Positions 23,701-31,221 of a DNA stretch of 32,000 nt are shown here, in pieces. Made by a program: the position numbers and the translations under genes. Every line of letters begins with the position of its first letter. Within the stretch, counting starts at the first letter, position 1. Under the pieces are notes generated by a model. The model was not told the DNA's origin, made no database searches, and was given only the letters and a program-made list of their open reading frames with translations. Origin of the DNA: Candidatus Nanoarchaeia archaeon (lineage in GTDB: Archaea > Nanobdellota > Nanobdellia > Woesearchaeales > JANQNC01). The stretch covers positions 30,001 through 62,000 of the forward strand of contig JANQNC010000001.1 of NCBI GenBank assembly GCA_028279745.1. Direction: 5' to 3'.

Positions 23701-25280
23701 ATAATCCATTCACAGGAACAATCTCAATTAATTATCTATTGACAATAGGTGTGATGTCGGGAGGACAAGAAGTTAGTGGAAAGGTAGAGATATGGTGCGA
23801 TCCAAACTACCCAACACCAGACGGAATGCCAGTAATGTGTCCTGACAGACGAATAAAGTTAGGAGATAGAGGAGTTTATGTGCCAAGAGATGGGGCAGTA
23901 TCAGAAAACTGGGCATACCAAACAGACGATATACCTTACTGGGGCAATGTAGCGATAATGACCCTTGACTACCAAGTTGGAGGAGAGCAGAAACATGAAG
24001 AAAAAGTAGAACCGATCGTAAGAAAAGGAGGGTTGATAGGACAGTGCCATTGGCAAATCTTCCCACCAGTAATCGTATGTGAATCAATAGTTCCAGGAGC
24101 AGAAGCATTACTAGAAGCAGAACAGATAAGAAAGTCACCAGACGTAAGAACATACTACCCTGGAAACGTGTTAGGGGTTAGGATAGATGCAAGAAGAGTT
24201 GGAGCTATCACTAATCGTACTAACGATCTAGAAAAAGTTGCAGTAGTCTATGAAATGACAATACCTGGAACAGGACAAGATGGACAGGCTCGAACTGTTG
24301 ATAATAAAAATAACTTAAATGCATACAAACCATTCGCATCACTAAAAGGAAAAGTTGACGATACGGTATTTGTATCATTACATGAGTTCCCATCAGAAGC
24401 ACAAGTACAGTATGAAACAAAACAAATACTTGCAAGAAGGATAGCATATCCTTCACGATTGATCGAGAAAGATGAAGAGATTATTGTAAGAGCGTTTACA
24501 ACAGGAACACAAACAACTGCACAAACGCCAAGAAATGTATTGAGAGTGTTGACTGATGGACTGAATGATAACAAGTGGACAGAAGATGGTGTGGCTCTAA
24601 GGTATAGAGCAGATGCAAATGTGACTTTAGGAAACATAACCCTTGTAGAGATAGAAGCAGATGCAGAACAGACCCAATCATTAACCATAGAGATAGAAGC
24701 GGATGGAGTTAGAACTCCTGTACAGGTAGGTTTTGCAGCAGGAGAATCAAAAACAGTTACAGAATATCCCGCAAGCTCAAATTATAAATTAGCGGTTACT
24801 TTATGGGAAGACACAGACAACAATAACGCAATAGATCCATCACAAGATAAACTAGTGTTGTACAGAGGATATAACCAATCAGAACGATTCACATTTGGAT
24901 TTAATCCAGAACCTGCATGCGGAATAACTCCTCGGGTTGAGATATTAAAACCTAGAAATGATGAACTATTCTGTAAAGGTGAGTTAGAACTTGCATACTG
25001 GGATGATTGTAACCAGATAGATCAGGTTGGGTTATTCTATGACAAAGCAAACGAGACAAATAAGATACAGTTGCCATCACCAGCAAGATCCGAAGCAGGC
25101 TACAGACAGTATTTAGATGTTGATCTATCAGGCTTAGGTTTTGAGAACAATCAAGAAGTAGAGTTAATTGTGAGAGTAGAGGATAATAGGAACAAAGTAG
25201 CAACTAATAAACAGACTATCAGCTTTAGCAGTAATAGATGTGTTAGTGCGGGTGGAAGTGTAGACACTAGTGAAGAATAA
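20718..25280 (+). CDS. giant cell-surface protein: FN3 + Ig-like repeats + Cys-rich core (1520 aa)
   Basis: Signal MKSEYLKQIIANFIILIILFLPHAQA|LS, an FN3 domain and three Ig-like repeats. It has the same [FL]W[RK]I...PNE region, helical/hydrophobic segment and Cys-spaced module as ORF 9385. Sequon-rich. ATGA overlap with the upstream gene. Confidence 0.85.
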   Translation: MKSEYLKQIIANFIILIILFLPHAQALSISNVNIDEITSNSARITWNTDNASNSIVRYGDTQQILESEEKTESVVNHSVTISGLSKDTKYYYSVRSGEIFDNNAGSLYTFRTSEEEIVSEDVSENVSVNETTTDNVTYVYEGTPAISLETIPEFTRERDFLIKGTTNPNVVLRFYINDHKIPEQIAGTERFSVKSGVDGKFNATIRLLSGFYNSTLGLNIIKVEATTADYFRNYAYQTIVYDAVPPRLTVNTIPLTSNQGSITVKGSTNEATKIEIVVNNATQSTVETGENNIFETTATLSTGINQLEVIAIDKANHTAVHRQTVTLDNTPPSIVFEELDETYHFTIATIKGNTSEGNVKIKVTNTGSARIDYGDPSGVSRVRATYNTTNVTTIRYGRQENVTVGADIDVLGSIIGYEKETTSGENGAFTIRVGLINGTNNLLFELEDAAGNKAIVEQTLQMEASTGLWKIGRITTLPNEVYTDNLGNGNVDIGLTYDLFYLGSQAEDLNSLRIAATLDGSRLNNELFRVSDKPYVYWNPDQNKAVVYQEIQMIKYTGNPQELPDQADFGMQNRITYRIGREAEYDEKLFYDSGVSVEKPLKYSRFLTPEMINKSLERLNKTIAILEKALEIAEIGTYVSLGACLAMTVYTYVAGAGDSPLPSGGQLEKLFLACDRLLCPTVPPKCTDTTFSDDEYKGNGVYEKQLMEGNEVVGTVVVQHSVNQPQGCPQAPPNYAYVKVTTTGSADTQLFGQQFPGANNSPSWYQTTPIRLQQGTVTSINSNCFYTDVRNQSAFEPQLAKAGCYTPENPFYDNTKCLWNFKKGNNPTMTDLNPYDDIITSVRCGCVTGIRGNLENIIGILEGIRGCLQQAQIGEVRGGYCERLVAQFACDWISWLVKQVVNADWQGIIKSKASSEYIGNVQQRIGEVNSNLQARYGAIAASRVGLSADQLFNKACIAAITGDWTDLQNLLRESTRIPVKPVIGPMLPESRVTAYNPFTGTISINYLLTIGVMSGGQEVSGKVEIWCDPNYPTPDGMPVMCPDRRIKLGDRGVYVPRDGAVSENWAYQTDDIPYWGNVAIMTLDYQVGGEQKHEEKVEPIVRKGGLIGQCHWQIFPPVIVCESIVPGAEALLEAEQIRKSPDVRTYYPGNVLGVRIDARRVGAITNRTNDLEKVAVVYEMTIPGTGQDGQARTVDNKNNLNAYKPFASLKGKVDDTVFVSLHEFPSEAQVQYETKQILARRIAYPSRLIEKDEEIIVRAFTTGTQTTAQTPRNVLRVLTDGLNDNKWTEDGVALRYRADANVTLGNITLVEIEADAEQTQSLTIEIEADGVRTPVQVGFAAGESKTVTEYPASSNYKLAVTLWEDTDNNNAIDPSQDKLVLYRGYNQSERFTFGFNPEPACGITPRVEILKPRNDELFCKGELELAYWDDCNQIDQVGLFYDKANETNKIQLPSPARSEAGYRQYLDVDLSGLGFENNQEVELIVRVEDNRNKVATNKQTISFSSNRCVSAGGSVDTSEE
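20799..21053 (+). other. fibronectin type III-like domain
   Basis: ISNVNIDEITSNSARITWNTDNASNSIVRYG...HSVTISGLSKDTKYYYSVRS...YTFRT is the classic FN3 pattern (ITW.T, V.YG, H.V.L.GL...T.YYY.V.S). Confidence 0.8.
21144..22097 (+). repeat. three tandem Ig-like repeats (protein-level)
   Basis: The repeat starts align: TPAISLETIPEFTRERDFLIKGTTNPNVVLRFYIN / PPRLTVNTIPLTSNQGSITVKGSTNEATKIEIVVN / PPSIVFEELDETYHFTIATIKGNTSEGNVKIKVTN. D..PP boundaries at aa 242 and 328. Confidence 0.65.
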
Positions 25281-25294
25281 GTTGAGTTTGTATT

Positions 25295-26134
25295 CTATTC
25301 ATTTAAAGATTTTCTTAATTCCTTAACATTGTTCTTTGACTTTTTATGGTTTGGATCAATCTTTAAGCACTTTTGGTATTCTTTTAGTGCTGCTCTATGT
25401 TTACCTTTATTGTAGTATTGACTTCCTAAATTAAAGTGAGCTGCTAAATAATTCTTTCTTAATTTAATTGCTGTTTTATAATGTTCAATTGCTTTTTCAC
25501 CATCGCCTTTTCTTCTATGTACGTTACCTAGGTAGTTATGCACCATTGCTTTGTTGTGCTTATCAGCAGTCTGTTCCAAAGCTTTTGTTAAGTGCTTCTT
25601 AGCAGACCATAGTTTGTTAAGTTTAAGTGCTCCGTATCCTAGACCGAATATGTAAGCCGGATCATTAGGGTTAGGTGTTGTCTTAAAATCGTAATGGTTA
25701 TTTGTGTATTCAAGCATGAAAACATTGGTTGTTAGAACGGGATCATCAGAATCAACATAGTGTTTAACTATTTCGAAATTGTCAATCTTGCCGTCAAGTG
25801 CATCAGCATCCATGACTTCCATTAGCATCTGATTAGCTTCATCTCTCGGTCCTAATTTGAAAAGTTTAGCTAAAGCATTTTCATATTTTGTTTGTAGTGC
25901 TGGGCTAACGTTTCTAAGTTGGTGATTTGTGACGTCAAAAATAAACTGGCTTCTTGTGTGGGGTACTTGGTATGTTCTGGTTTTTCTGTTTTCAAGGTTG
26001 TTTTCAGCGAAAATACCCGTAGAAAGCGCCAAAGTAAGGATTGTGGTTGTTATTCCTTTAGCTATTTTAGAGTCTCTTAATGAGCTCAGAAATGGTTTCT
26101 TTGCTATATTATCTAATGATTTATGTGACGTCAT
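25295..26134 (-). CDS. TPR-repeat protein with N-terminal signal/anchor (279 aa)
   Basis: Hydrophobic GITTTILTLALSTGIFA|ENN. The C-terminal third (about 25325-25687) has three TPR-like units (AMVHNYLGNVHRRKGDGEKAIEHYKTAIKLRKNY; LAAHFNLGSQYYNKGKHRAALKEYQKCLKIDPNH). Confidence 0.8.
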   Translation of the reverse strand: MTSHKSLDNIAKKPFLSSLRDSKIAKGITTTILTLALSTGIFAENNLENRKTRTYQVPHTRSQFIFDVTNHQLRNVSPALQTKYENALAKLFKLGPRDEANQMLMEVMDADALDGKIDNFEIVKHYVDSDDPVLTTNVFMLEYTNNHYDFKTTPNPNDPAYIFGLGYGALKLNKLWSAKKHLTKALEQTADKHNKAMVHNYLGNVHRRKGDGEKAIEHYKTAIKLRKNYLAAHFNLGSQYYNKGKHRAALKEYQKCLKIDPNHKKSKNNVKELRKSLNE

Positions 26135-26157
26135 AATAGAGGTTGAGGTATAAGTAG

Positions 26158-26166
26158 TATATAAAT
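26158..26166 (-). promoter_or_regulatory. TATA box for the TPR gene (leaderless geometry)
   Basis: Minus-strand ATTTATATA is centred ~28 nt upstream of the ATG at 26134. Confidence 0.4.
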
Positions 26167-26177
26167 GTTTCTATTTT

Positions 26178-26197
26178 TAACCACTTGTGAGTGGTTA
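26178..26197 (-). promoter_or_regulatory. 8-bp perfect hairpin (TAACCACT-tgtg-AGTGGTTA) between 26285 gene and TPR promoter
   Basis: Inverted repeat seen directly. It lies ~90 nt downstream of the stop of the 212-aa gene and immediately upstream of the TPR TATA box. It could be a terminator-like or operator element. Confidence 0.3.
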
Positions 26198-26284
26198 TAG
26201 ATGGCCTAAAGGGGCATTAATTATTTTCTATATTGAAAGTAATTGGGGGGTTTTTGTAATCTCTCTGATATTTTGTATAAAAAC

Positions 26285-26923
26285 TTATTTCCCAAAAGTT
26301 CTGCTTAAGAAAATTCCGAAGTCAAATGTTGGGTTGAGTTCGTTATCAAATGTCATGTTTGCTGATAACCCTCCCATGTAACTATTTTTGCCTATCCCGA
26401 CTCGGTTGTTTGATGTAATGAAATTAAGTCCTTCTTTGCCAAAGTTTACGAAGTCTTCTGAGGCTGCTGCGATATACATGTTGTTAGGGAAAAGTTTAAC
26501 ATATGATAATATGCCAAGAACTTCACAGTCAATATCTTTGCCAACTTTTGCAGTTGATAAGATATAAGCAGAAGCGCCTCCTTTACTTTTAAATAAGCTT
26601 AGACCTGCTCTTTGAACTATGCCCATTCCTGGTGCTGCTTGTGTCTCAGAGACTGCACTAATGCCCTTTCCAATATTGTATGAGATGTCTGCAAAGAAAA
26701 AAGTGTTTACGTTGTTTTCATAATCTGTAGTGATTGTGTTTCGACTCATGTAACTTAGATTCTTTGAGAAATTCCCTGTTATCTCTGTTTCAAGTCCAGA
26801 ACTGTTGTGTCCTGCTCTGGCTCTTACTGTGGCATCGTCTGCATATAGAGGGTTAGCTAAAACTGCCAAAGTAGTTAGAAATGTTACTCCTTTTTTTATT
26901 TTTGATTTTATGGCTTGGTACAT
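26285..26923 (-). CDS. secreted beta-rich protein, paralog of 8563-9126 (212 aa)
   Basis: Signal MYQAIKSKIKKGVTFLTTLAVLANPLYA|DDA. About 10 alternating-pattern segments, ending ...NPTFDFGIFLSRTFGK. Only 9 nt separate it from the upstream 351-aa gene. Confidence 0.6.
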   Translation of the reverse strand: MYQAIKSKIKKGVTFLTTLAVLANPLYADDATVRARAGHNSSGLETEITGNFSKNLSYMSRNTITTDYENNVNTFFFADISYNIGKGISAVSETQAAPGMGIVQRAGLSLFKSKGGASAYILSTAKVGKDIDCEVLGILSYVKLFPNNMYIAAASEDFVNFGKEGLNFITSNNRVGIGKNSYMGGLSANMTFDNELNPTFDFGIFLSRTFGK

Positions 26924-26932
26924 CTTTAAACT

Positions 26933-27988
26933 TCAAGCTGCTTCTTTGATTATACTAAGTCTTTTTTCATAACCTGAACCAACAATTCTCTTGTAGACAT
27001 TAAGATCTTCGATGATTCTTCCTTTGAAAGATAACTTGCCTTTTGTTGTTGTGTTAAATTGTATCTGGTAAGGGCTATTGAAGTCTTTTCCAGGTTCAGC
27101 AACTCTTCCTGTTAGGTATAGAATGGAGTGGCCTTTTTTATTTTTCTTGATCTCTAAAGCGTCAATGAAACAGTCATAAGCGATGTCTTTTGTGAACCAT
27201 CCTTTCAAGCCGCTTCCTCTCCTAGCGCTTTTGCTGTAGATAAATTTGGCTTTGTTGTATTCAAACTTAGCCTTAATATTCTCTCCATGTCCGTAATCTC
27301 TTATCTTGAAAGATGAATAGATGTCTATCTTAGAGTCAAGTGCATCTGCAATATTTTGTCTGAAAGGCTCTTTGATATAAACCTGTGTAACATTTCCTGA
27401 TCTAGCTATGGACTTGATTGCTGAGAAATCAATACCTAAGTTGATTCCGTCTGCCTTAAGAGTTTTATCTGCTTGGTATAATTCTAATCCTGTTGTCTTG
27501 TAGTTGATCTTTTCTTGTTTTAAATTATCAAGCAAACCTTTGCCTGCTCTTAAGAAATCAATCTTGATTGACTTATTTTGGTTCATGCTCTGTGCAAGAA
27601 CTAACGTGAAGTATGAATCATCTAAAAATCTGAATTTAGGCGCTTCTCTTTTTGCTTTTGCGACTTTTCTTTTCGGCAACACTTTCTCTTTTTGGAATTC
27701 AATAATTTTCTCCTCGGTAAGTTGTTCAGGTTCTAATGTGTCTTGAACTGGTTCGGGAAGCAAATTGAATATTTTTGTCTTTTTGTTAGCTGTAACTAGA
27801 TTATCGATTGTAGAACTCTCTAAAGTTTGTTTAATCTCTTGTTGGTTGTGGATCTCTAGCTTAACTCTTTTTTCCAACTCTCTTATCGGTTTGTTAGCTA
27901 GGTAATTTCCGATAAAAGTTCCTGTCATTGCTATTACGACCCACTTTGTGAACTCGCTTTTAAGCACTCTTTTGAGTTTGCCGATCAT
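26933..27988 (-). CDS. N-terminally membrane-anchored protein, function unknown (351 aa)
   Basis: MIGKLKRVLKSEFTKWVVIAMTGTFIGNYL is a basic-residue-plus-TM anchor. It is followed by a charged helical linker and a Lys-rich beta-rich domain. Confidence 0.65.
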   Translation of the reverse strand: MIGKLKRVLKSEFTKWVVIAMTGTFIGNYLANKPIRELEKRVKLEIHNQQEIKQTLESSTIDNLVTANKKTKIFNLLPEPVQDTLEPEQLTEEKIIEFQKEKVLPKRKVAKAKREAPKFRFLDDSYFTLVLAQSMNQNKSIKIDFLRAGKGLLDNLKQEKINYKTTGLELYQADKTLKADGINLGIDFSAIKSIARSGNVTQVYIKEPFRQNIADALDSKIDIYSSFKIRDYGHGENIKAKFEYNKAKFIYSKSARRGSGLKGWFTKDIAYDCFIDALEIKKNKKGHSILYLTGRVAEPGKDFNSPYQIQFNTTTKGKLSFKGRIIEDLNVYKRIVGSGYEKRLSIIKEAA

Positions 27989-28017
27989 TTTAACTCGTAC
28001 TAAGGTTGTAGAACTAG

Positions 28018-28025
28018 TATATAAA
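28018..28025 (-). promoter_or_regulatory. TATA box for the 27988 gene
   Basis: TATATAAA is centred ~33 nt upstream of the ATG at 27988. Confidence 0.35.
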
Positions 28026-28064
28026 CCTTTTGGTTTTGTAGTATCTTTCTAGTGGTAACAAGAC

Positions 28065-28292
28065 CTATTTCATATGTTTCTTCCTTAACTCGACAGATAG
28101 TTGAAGAACTTCTAAGAATAGTTTAGCATCCTCTAGCTCAATATTGAAAAGTTTAGAAAATTCATTAACATCAATTCCATCATTGCCATGTTTGGTTATG
28201 TAGTTAGCTAACTCTTCAGCCTTATCATGATCATCCAATTTGTATTTTGCAATCATCTTTCTGAATTCAACTGCTTTGTTTAAGTCTGTCAT
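28065..28292 (-). CDS. small helical hypothetical protein (75 aa)
   Basis: Intact ORF with a TATA box (TATAAAAA, 28315-28322) ~26 nt upstream of its ATG (leaderless geometry). No motif recognised. Confidence 0.5.
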   Translation of the reverse strand: MTDLNKAVEFRKMIAKYKLDDHDKAEELANYITKHGNDGIDVNEFSKLFNIELEDAKLFLEVLQLSVELRKKHMK

Positions 28293-28360
28293 ATCTGTTA
28301 ATTGAGAAAGGTAGTATAAAAAGGTATGGAAATATTCCGAATTTAGACAGAAACATTTAT

Positions 28361-28379
28361 AACTTAGTTTAACTTAGTT
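28361..28379 (+). promoter_or_regulatory. tandem direct repeat AACTTAGTT x2 (10-nt period), candidate operator
   Basis: aacttagtt-t-aacttagtt lies between the TATA-like ATTTATAA (28355-28362) and the AAGGTGA SD (28385-28391) of the RHH-like gene. Confidence 0.4.
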
Positions 28380-28397
28380 AGACTAAGGTGAAATAAT

Positions 28398-28634
28398 ATG
28401 GTGCAAGCACTAGTAAACATCGATGAAAATACAAACAGAGTGTTAAATTTTGTTAAAGCAAAGTATAACCTAAAAGACAAAGGTGAAGCTATAGAAACAG
28501 TGGTAAGTAAATATATAGAAGAACAAGATGATCCTGAGCTAAGACCTGAGTTTATCGCAGAGATGAAGAAAATAGCAAAACAGAAAGGGAAAATTGTTAA
28601 AGATTTTGCGAAGGAATTTGGTTTGAAGGATTAA
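28398..28634 (+). CDS. ribbon-helix-helix-like antitoxin-type protein (DUF2683-like, from memory)
   Basis: 78 aa. MVQALVNIDENTNRVLNFVKAKYNLKDKGEAIE shows the beta-strand-plus-helix pattern of RHH/antitoxin proteins. It resembles a small archaeal family I recall as DUF2683. Confidence 0.55.
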   Translation: MVQALVNIDENTNRVLNFVKAKYNLKDKGEAIETVVSKYIEEQDDPELRPEFIAEMKKIAKQKGKIVKDFAKEFGLKD

Positions 28635-28930
28635 GGTTTCCAAGTGTATACGGTGTCATGGTGTTTGTAGTGATGGAATTCGACTACACTTTGAATGTGG
28701 TCAATTTTGAAGATTAAAACAAAATGCTTTTCTATGTGTACCCTGTTAAACATATGTAAAGGTTTTCTTAGAAACTTATAGTTATGAAATGGATTAGAGC
28801 TTATTTGTTTAATCTTTTTTTGCACTGTTCTAAGTTGGTTTTTGTCTTTTTTAGCAAGTTTTCTAAATATTTTATGGGCTTCGTCCATTATCTTAGTCTT
28901 ATACGTTATTTTACCAAACAATCTTCTCAC
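28631..28930 (-). CDS. RelE/ParE-family toxin-like protein
   Basis: ...ITYKTKIMDEAHKIFRKLAKKDKNQLRTVQKKIKQISSNPFHNYKFLRKPLHMFNRVHIEKHFVLIFKIDHIQSVVEFHHYKHHDTVY matches the RelE/ParE layout (Y.I...A.K.L.KL, I..L..NP, R..I...[FY]..I[FY].ID). The start is uncertain: GTG 28930, TTG 28921, ATG 28888 or ORF-track ATG 28963. Confidence 0.65.
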   Translation of the reverse strand: MRRLFGKITYKTKIMDEAHKIFRKLAKKDKNQLRTVQKKIKQISSNPFHNYKFLRKPLHMFNRVHIEKHFVLIFKIDHIQSVVEFHHYKHHDTVYTWKP

Positions 28931-29237
28931 CCAACACCTGTTTATCGCCTTTATACTCATCAACAGTTCCTTCTACTTTTACACTGATGCCTTCAGATAA
29001 TTTAAGGTTTTCAAAAACAACAACATCAACCAGTTCAATTTTTTCTATTGATATAATCGTAACATTGCCTCTTGAGGTGACTTTCTTGACTTTTCCATCA
29101 AATGAAACAAAATCATCAACTTCAAATTCAGAATAAGATTTATCTGGAATTTTTAACATGGAGCTGATTATCGCTAAGAATAATATTCCTGTTAAACTAG
29201 AAGTTATAGCCAACTTAAGCAAGGTCTTTTCTTTCAT
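28911..29237 (-). CDS. membrane-anchored OB-fold protein (108 aa)
   Basis: N-terminal TM LLKLAITSSLTGILFLAIISSML, followed by VSFDGKVKKVTSRGNVTIISIEKIELVDVVVFENL...ISVKVEGTVDEYKGDKQVL. This is an OB-fold (tRNA_anti-like) strand pattern. Confidence 0.6.
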   Translation of the reverse strand: MKEKTLLKLAITSSLTGILFLAIISSMLKIPDKSYSEFEVDDFVSFDGKVKKVTSRGNVTIISIEKIELVDVVVFENLKLSEGISVKVEGTVDEYKGDKQVLGEKIVW

Positions 29238-29293
29238 ACCATCTATATTGATTTAATGATTAATAAAAGAGTTCAAAGAAAAATCGGAAATAC

Positions 29294-29301
29294 TTTTAAA
29301 T
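29294..29301 (+). promoter_or_regulatory. TATA-like box for lon
   Basis: TTTTAAAT lies ~40 nt upstream of the ATG at 29338. GAGGGGG SD at 29328-29334 implies a short leader. Confidence 0.35.
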
Positions 29302-29337
29302 ACAACCTATACAAGACAAAGAATATAGAGGGGGAAT

Positions 29338-31221
29338 ATGCCAAGTTTCAAGACAACCAAAGATATAGAAGTTCCTAAAAGGGTAGTAGACCAGGTTATA
29401 GGTCAAGATTTTGCTGTTGAAGTAATCAAAAAAGCAGCAGAACAAAGAAGACACGTTCTATTAATTGGAGAGCCAGGAACAGGAAAATCAATGTTGGGCG
29501 TGGCATTAGCTGACTTACTAACTTCTCATCATGAACAAGAAGATGTTCTATGTTATCCAAACGAAAAAGATCCAAATCAGCCACTGATCAAAACTTTCAA
29601 AGCAGAAGAAGGAGAAAAGATTATCGTAAAATTAAGAAACATAATGCAATCAGGCATATCAGCAAGAAGATTTCTACTATTTATCATATTTGGAATAGTG
29701 ATACTGGGATTAATATTTATGTTCTGGCAATACAAAGAATCAGAATTCGCACCATTCGTAATTCTTGGAGGCGTGTTCAATATGATCTGGATCATATTCA
29801 TGCTATCCTTCCTGATGAGAGGCGCACCAGGAATGTTCAAAACAGTTACGGGGTTGGCGATGATGCCTAAACCCTTAGTTACGCATAAGAAAAACGAAAA
29901 AGCACCATTCGTAGATGCAACGGGAGCACACGATGGAGCATTACTAGGAGATGTATTGCACGATCCATTCCAATCAGGAGGGTTAGGGACTCCACCACAC
30001 GAAAGAGTAATACCTGGAATGATCCATAAAGCAAACAATGGGGTACTATTCTTAGATGAGGTAGCAACGCTAAGCCCAAGATCACAACAAGAACTTCTGA
30101 CAGCATTGCAAGAAGGAAAGTACTCAATCACAGGACAGTCAGAAAAGTCAGCAGGAAGCATGGTAAGAACAGAAGCAGTACCCTGTAAATTCATTTTAGT
30201 TGCAGCAGGAAACATGATGGAAATACAGCACATGCACCCAGCACTAAGATCAAGAATCAGAGGATATGGTTATGAGGTACATATGAAGGAGACCATGCCC
30301 GACAGTAAAGAAAACAGACAAAAGATAGCAAGGTTTGTAGCACAAGAGATCAAAAAAGACGGTAAGATTCCAGCATTTGACAAAAAAGCAGTAGAAACAA
30401 TAATACACGAAGCCAGAAAAATGGCAAACAGGAAAGATCATCTAACACTAAGATTAAGAGAGGTTGGCGGGTTAATCAGAGCAGCAGGAGACCTAGCAAA
30501 AGAACAAAAAGCAAAGACAGTGACACCAAAACATGTTTTAGAGGCAAGAAAGATAGCAAAAACACTAGAACAACAGATCGCAGACAAATACATCGCACGA
30601 AAAAAAGAATATGAAGTTATAGTAACAAAAGGAAAGCAAGTAGGAAGAGTAAATGGGCTGGCAGTAATGGGAAGCGATGGTGCTTACTCCGGAATAATAC
30701 TTCCGATAGAATCAGCAGTCACACCTGGCGGAAAAGAACGAGAGATAGTAGCAACAGGAAAATTAGGAGATATAGCAAAAGAAGCAATCAAAAACGTATC
30801 CGCAATAATCAAAAAACACTTTGGACAAGACATAAAAGAAACACACGACGTTTATGTGCAATTTTTACAAACATATGAAGGGGTTGAAGGAGACTCAGCT
30901 TCAGTAGCAGTAGCAACAACAATAATATCAGCACTAAAAGGGATCCCAATCAAACAAGACTATGCAATGACTGGTTCACTTTCTGTAAGAGGAGAAGTCT
31001 TGCCAATAGGGGGAGTTTCAGCAAAGATAGATGCAGCAATCGATGCAGGAATCAAAAATGTGATAGTTCCAGAAAGCAACATGAAAGACATAGTCATAGA
31101 CGAAGACAGAATGAAGAAGATAAAGATCATACCTGTAAAAACAATAACTGAAGTGTTAAAAAGTGCGCTTGAGTGGAAAGGAAAAGAAAATATTCTGAAA
31201 AAAATTAATTCTAAACTATAA
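29338..31221 (+). CDS. lon: archaeal membrane-bound Lon protease (LonB type)
   Basis: 627 aa. Walker A GEPGTGKS (aa 44-51). Two TM helices are inserted into the AAA+ module (aa ~112-160, nt 29671-29817). Walker B VLFLDE. Protease domain with GDSAS (Ser codon 30895-30897) and [10 protein letters not shown] (Lys). The N-terminus [40 protein letters not shown] is typical of archaeal Lon. Confidence 0.95.
   Translation: MPSFKTTKDIEVPKRVVDQVIGQDFAVEVIKKAAEQRRHVLLIGEPGTGKSMLGVALADLLTSHHEQEDVLCYPNEKDPNQPLIKTFKAEEGEKIIVKLRNIMQSGISARRFLLFIIFGIVILGLIFMFWQYKESEFAPFVILGGVFNMIWIIFMLSFLMRGAPGMFKTVTGLAMMPKPLVTHKKNEKAPFVDATGAHDGALLGDVLHDPFQSGGLGTPPHERVIPGMIHKANNGVLFLDEVATLSPRSQQELLTALQEGKYSITGQSEKSAGSMVRTEAVPCKFILVAAGNMMEIQHMHPALRSRIRGYGYEVHMKETMPDSKENRQKIARFVAQEIKKDGKIPAFDKKAVETIIHEARKMANRKDHLTLRLREVGGLIRAAGDLAKEQKAKTVTPKHVLEARKIAKTLEQQIADKYIARKKEYEVIVTKGKQVGRVNGLAVMGSDGAYSGIILPIESAVTPGGKEREIVATGKLGDIAKEAIKNVSAIIKKHFGQDIKETHDVYVQFLQTYEGVEGDSASVAVATTIISALKGIPIKQDYAMTGSLSVRGEVLPIGGVSAKIDAAIDAGIKNVIVPESNMKDIVIDEDRMKKIKIIPVKTITEVLKSALEWKGKENILKKINSKL

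Noticed and set aside
9385-25280. Interpreting the operon as a mobile or genomic island or a provirus
   Set aside because: I saw no integrase, transposase, tRNA target, flanking direct repeats or obvious compositional shift. The flanking paralogs are diverged genes, not repeat boundaries.
9385-25280. Calling the locus a type IV pilus or archaellum operon
   Set aside because: The window has no ArlI/PilB-type ATPase, ArlJ/PilC platform or PibD/FlaK peptidase. The pilin-like proteins are 5-10 times the size of structural pilins. Only the signal-peptide type supports a link, so I describe the locus as pilin-like rather than as a pilus operon.
26187-26381. 64-aa plus-strand ORF in and around the 26135-26284 spacer
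   Set aside because: It overlaps the 3' end of the well-supported minus-strand 26285-26923 gene. Its composition is hydrophobic and low-complexity, and it has no SD or TATA in an appropriate position.
29577-30233. 218-aa minus-strand ORF and 106-aa plus-strand ORF (29550-29870) overlapping lon
   Set aside because: They lie within the unambiguous LonB reading frame (Walker A/B, TM insertion) and are shadow ORFs.
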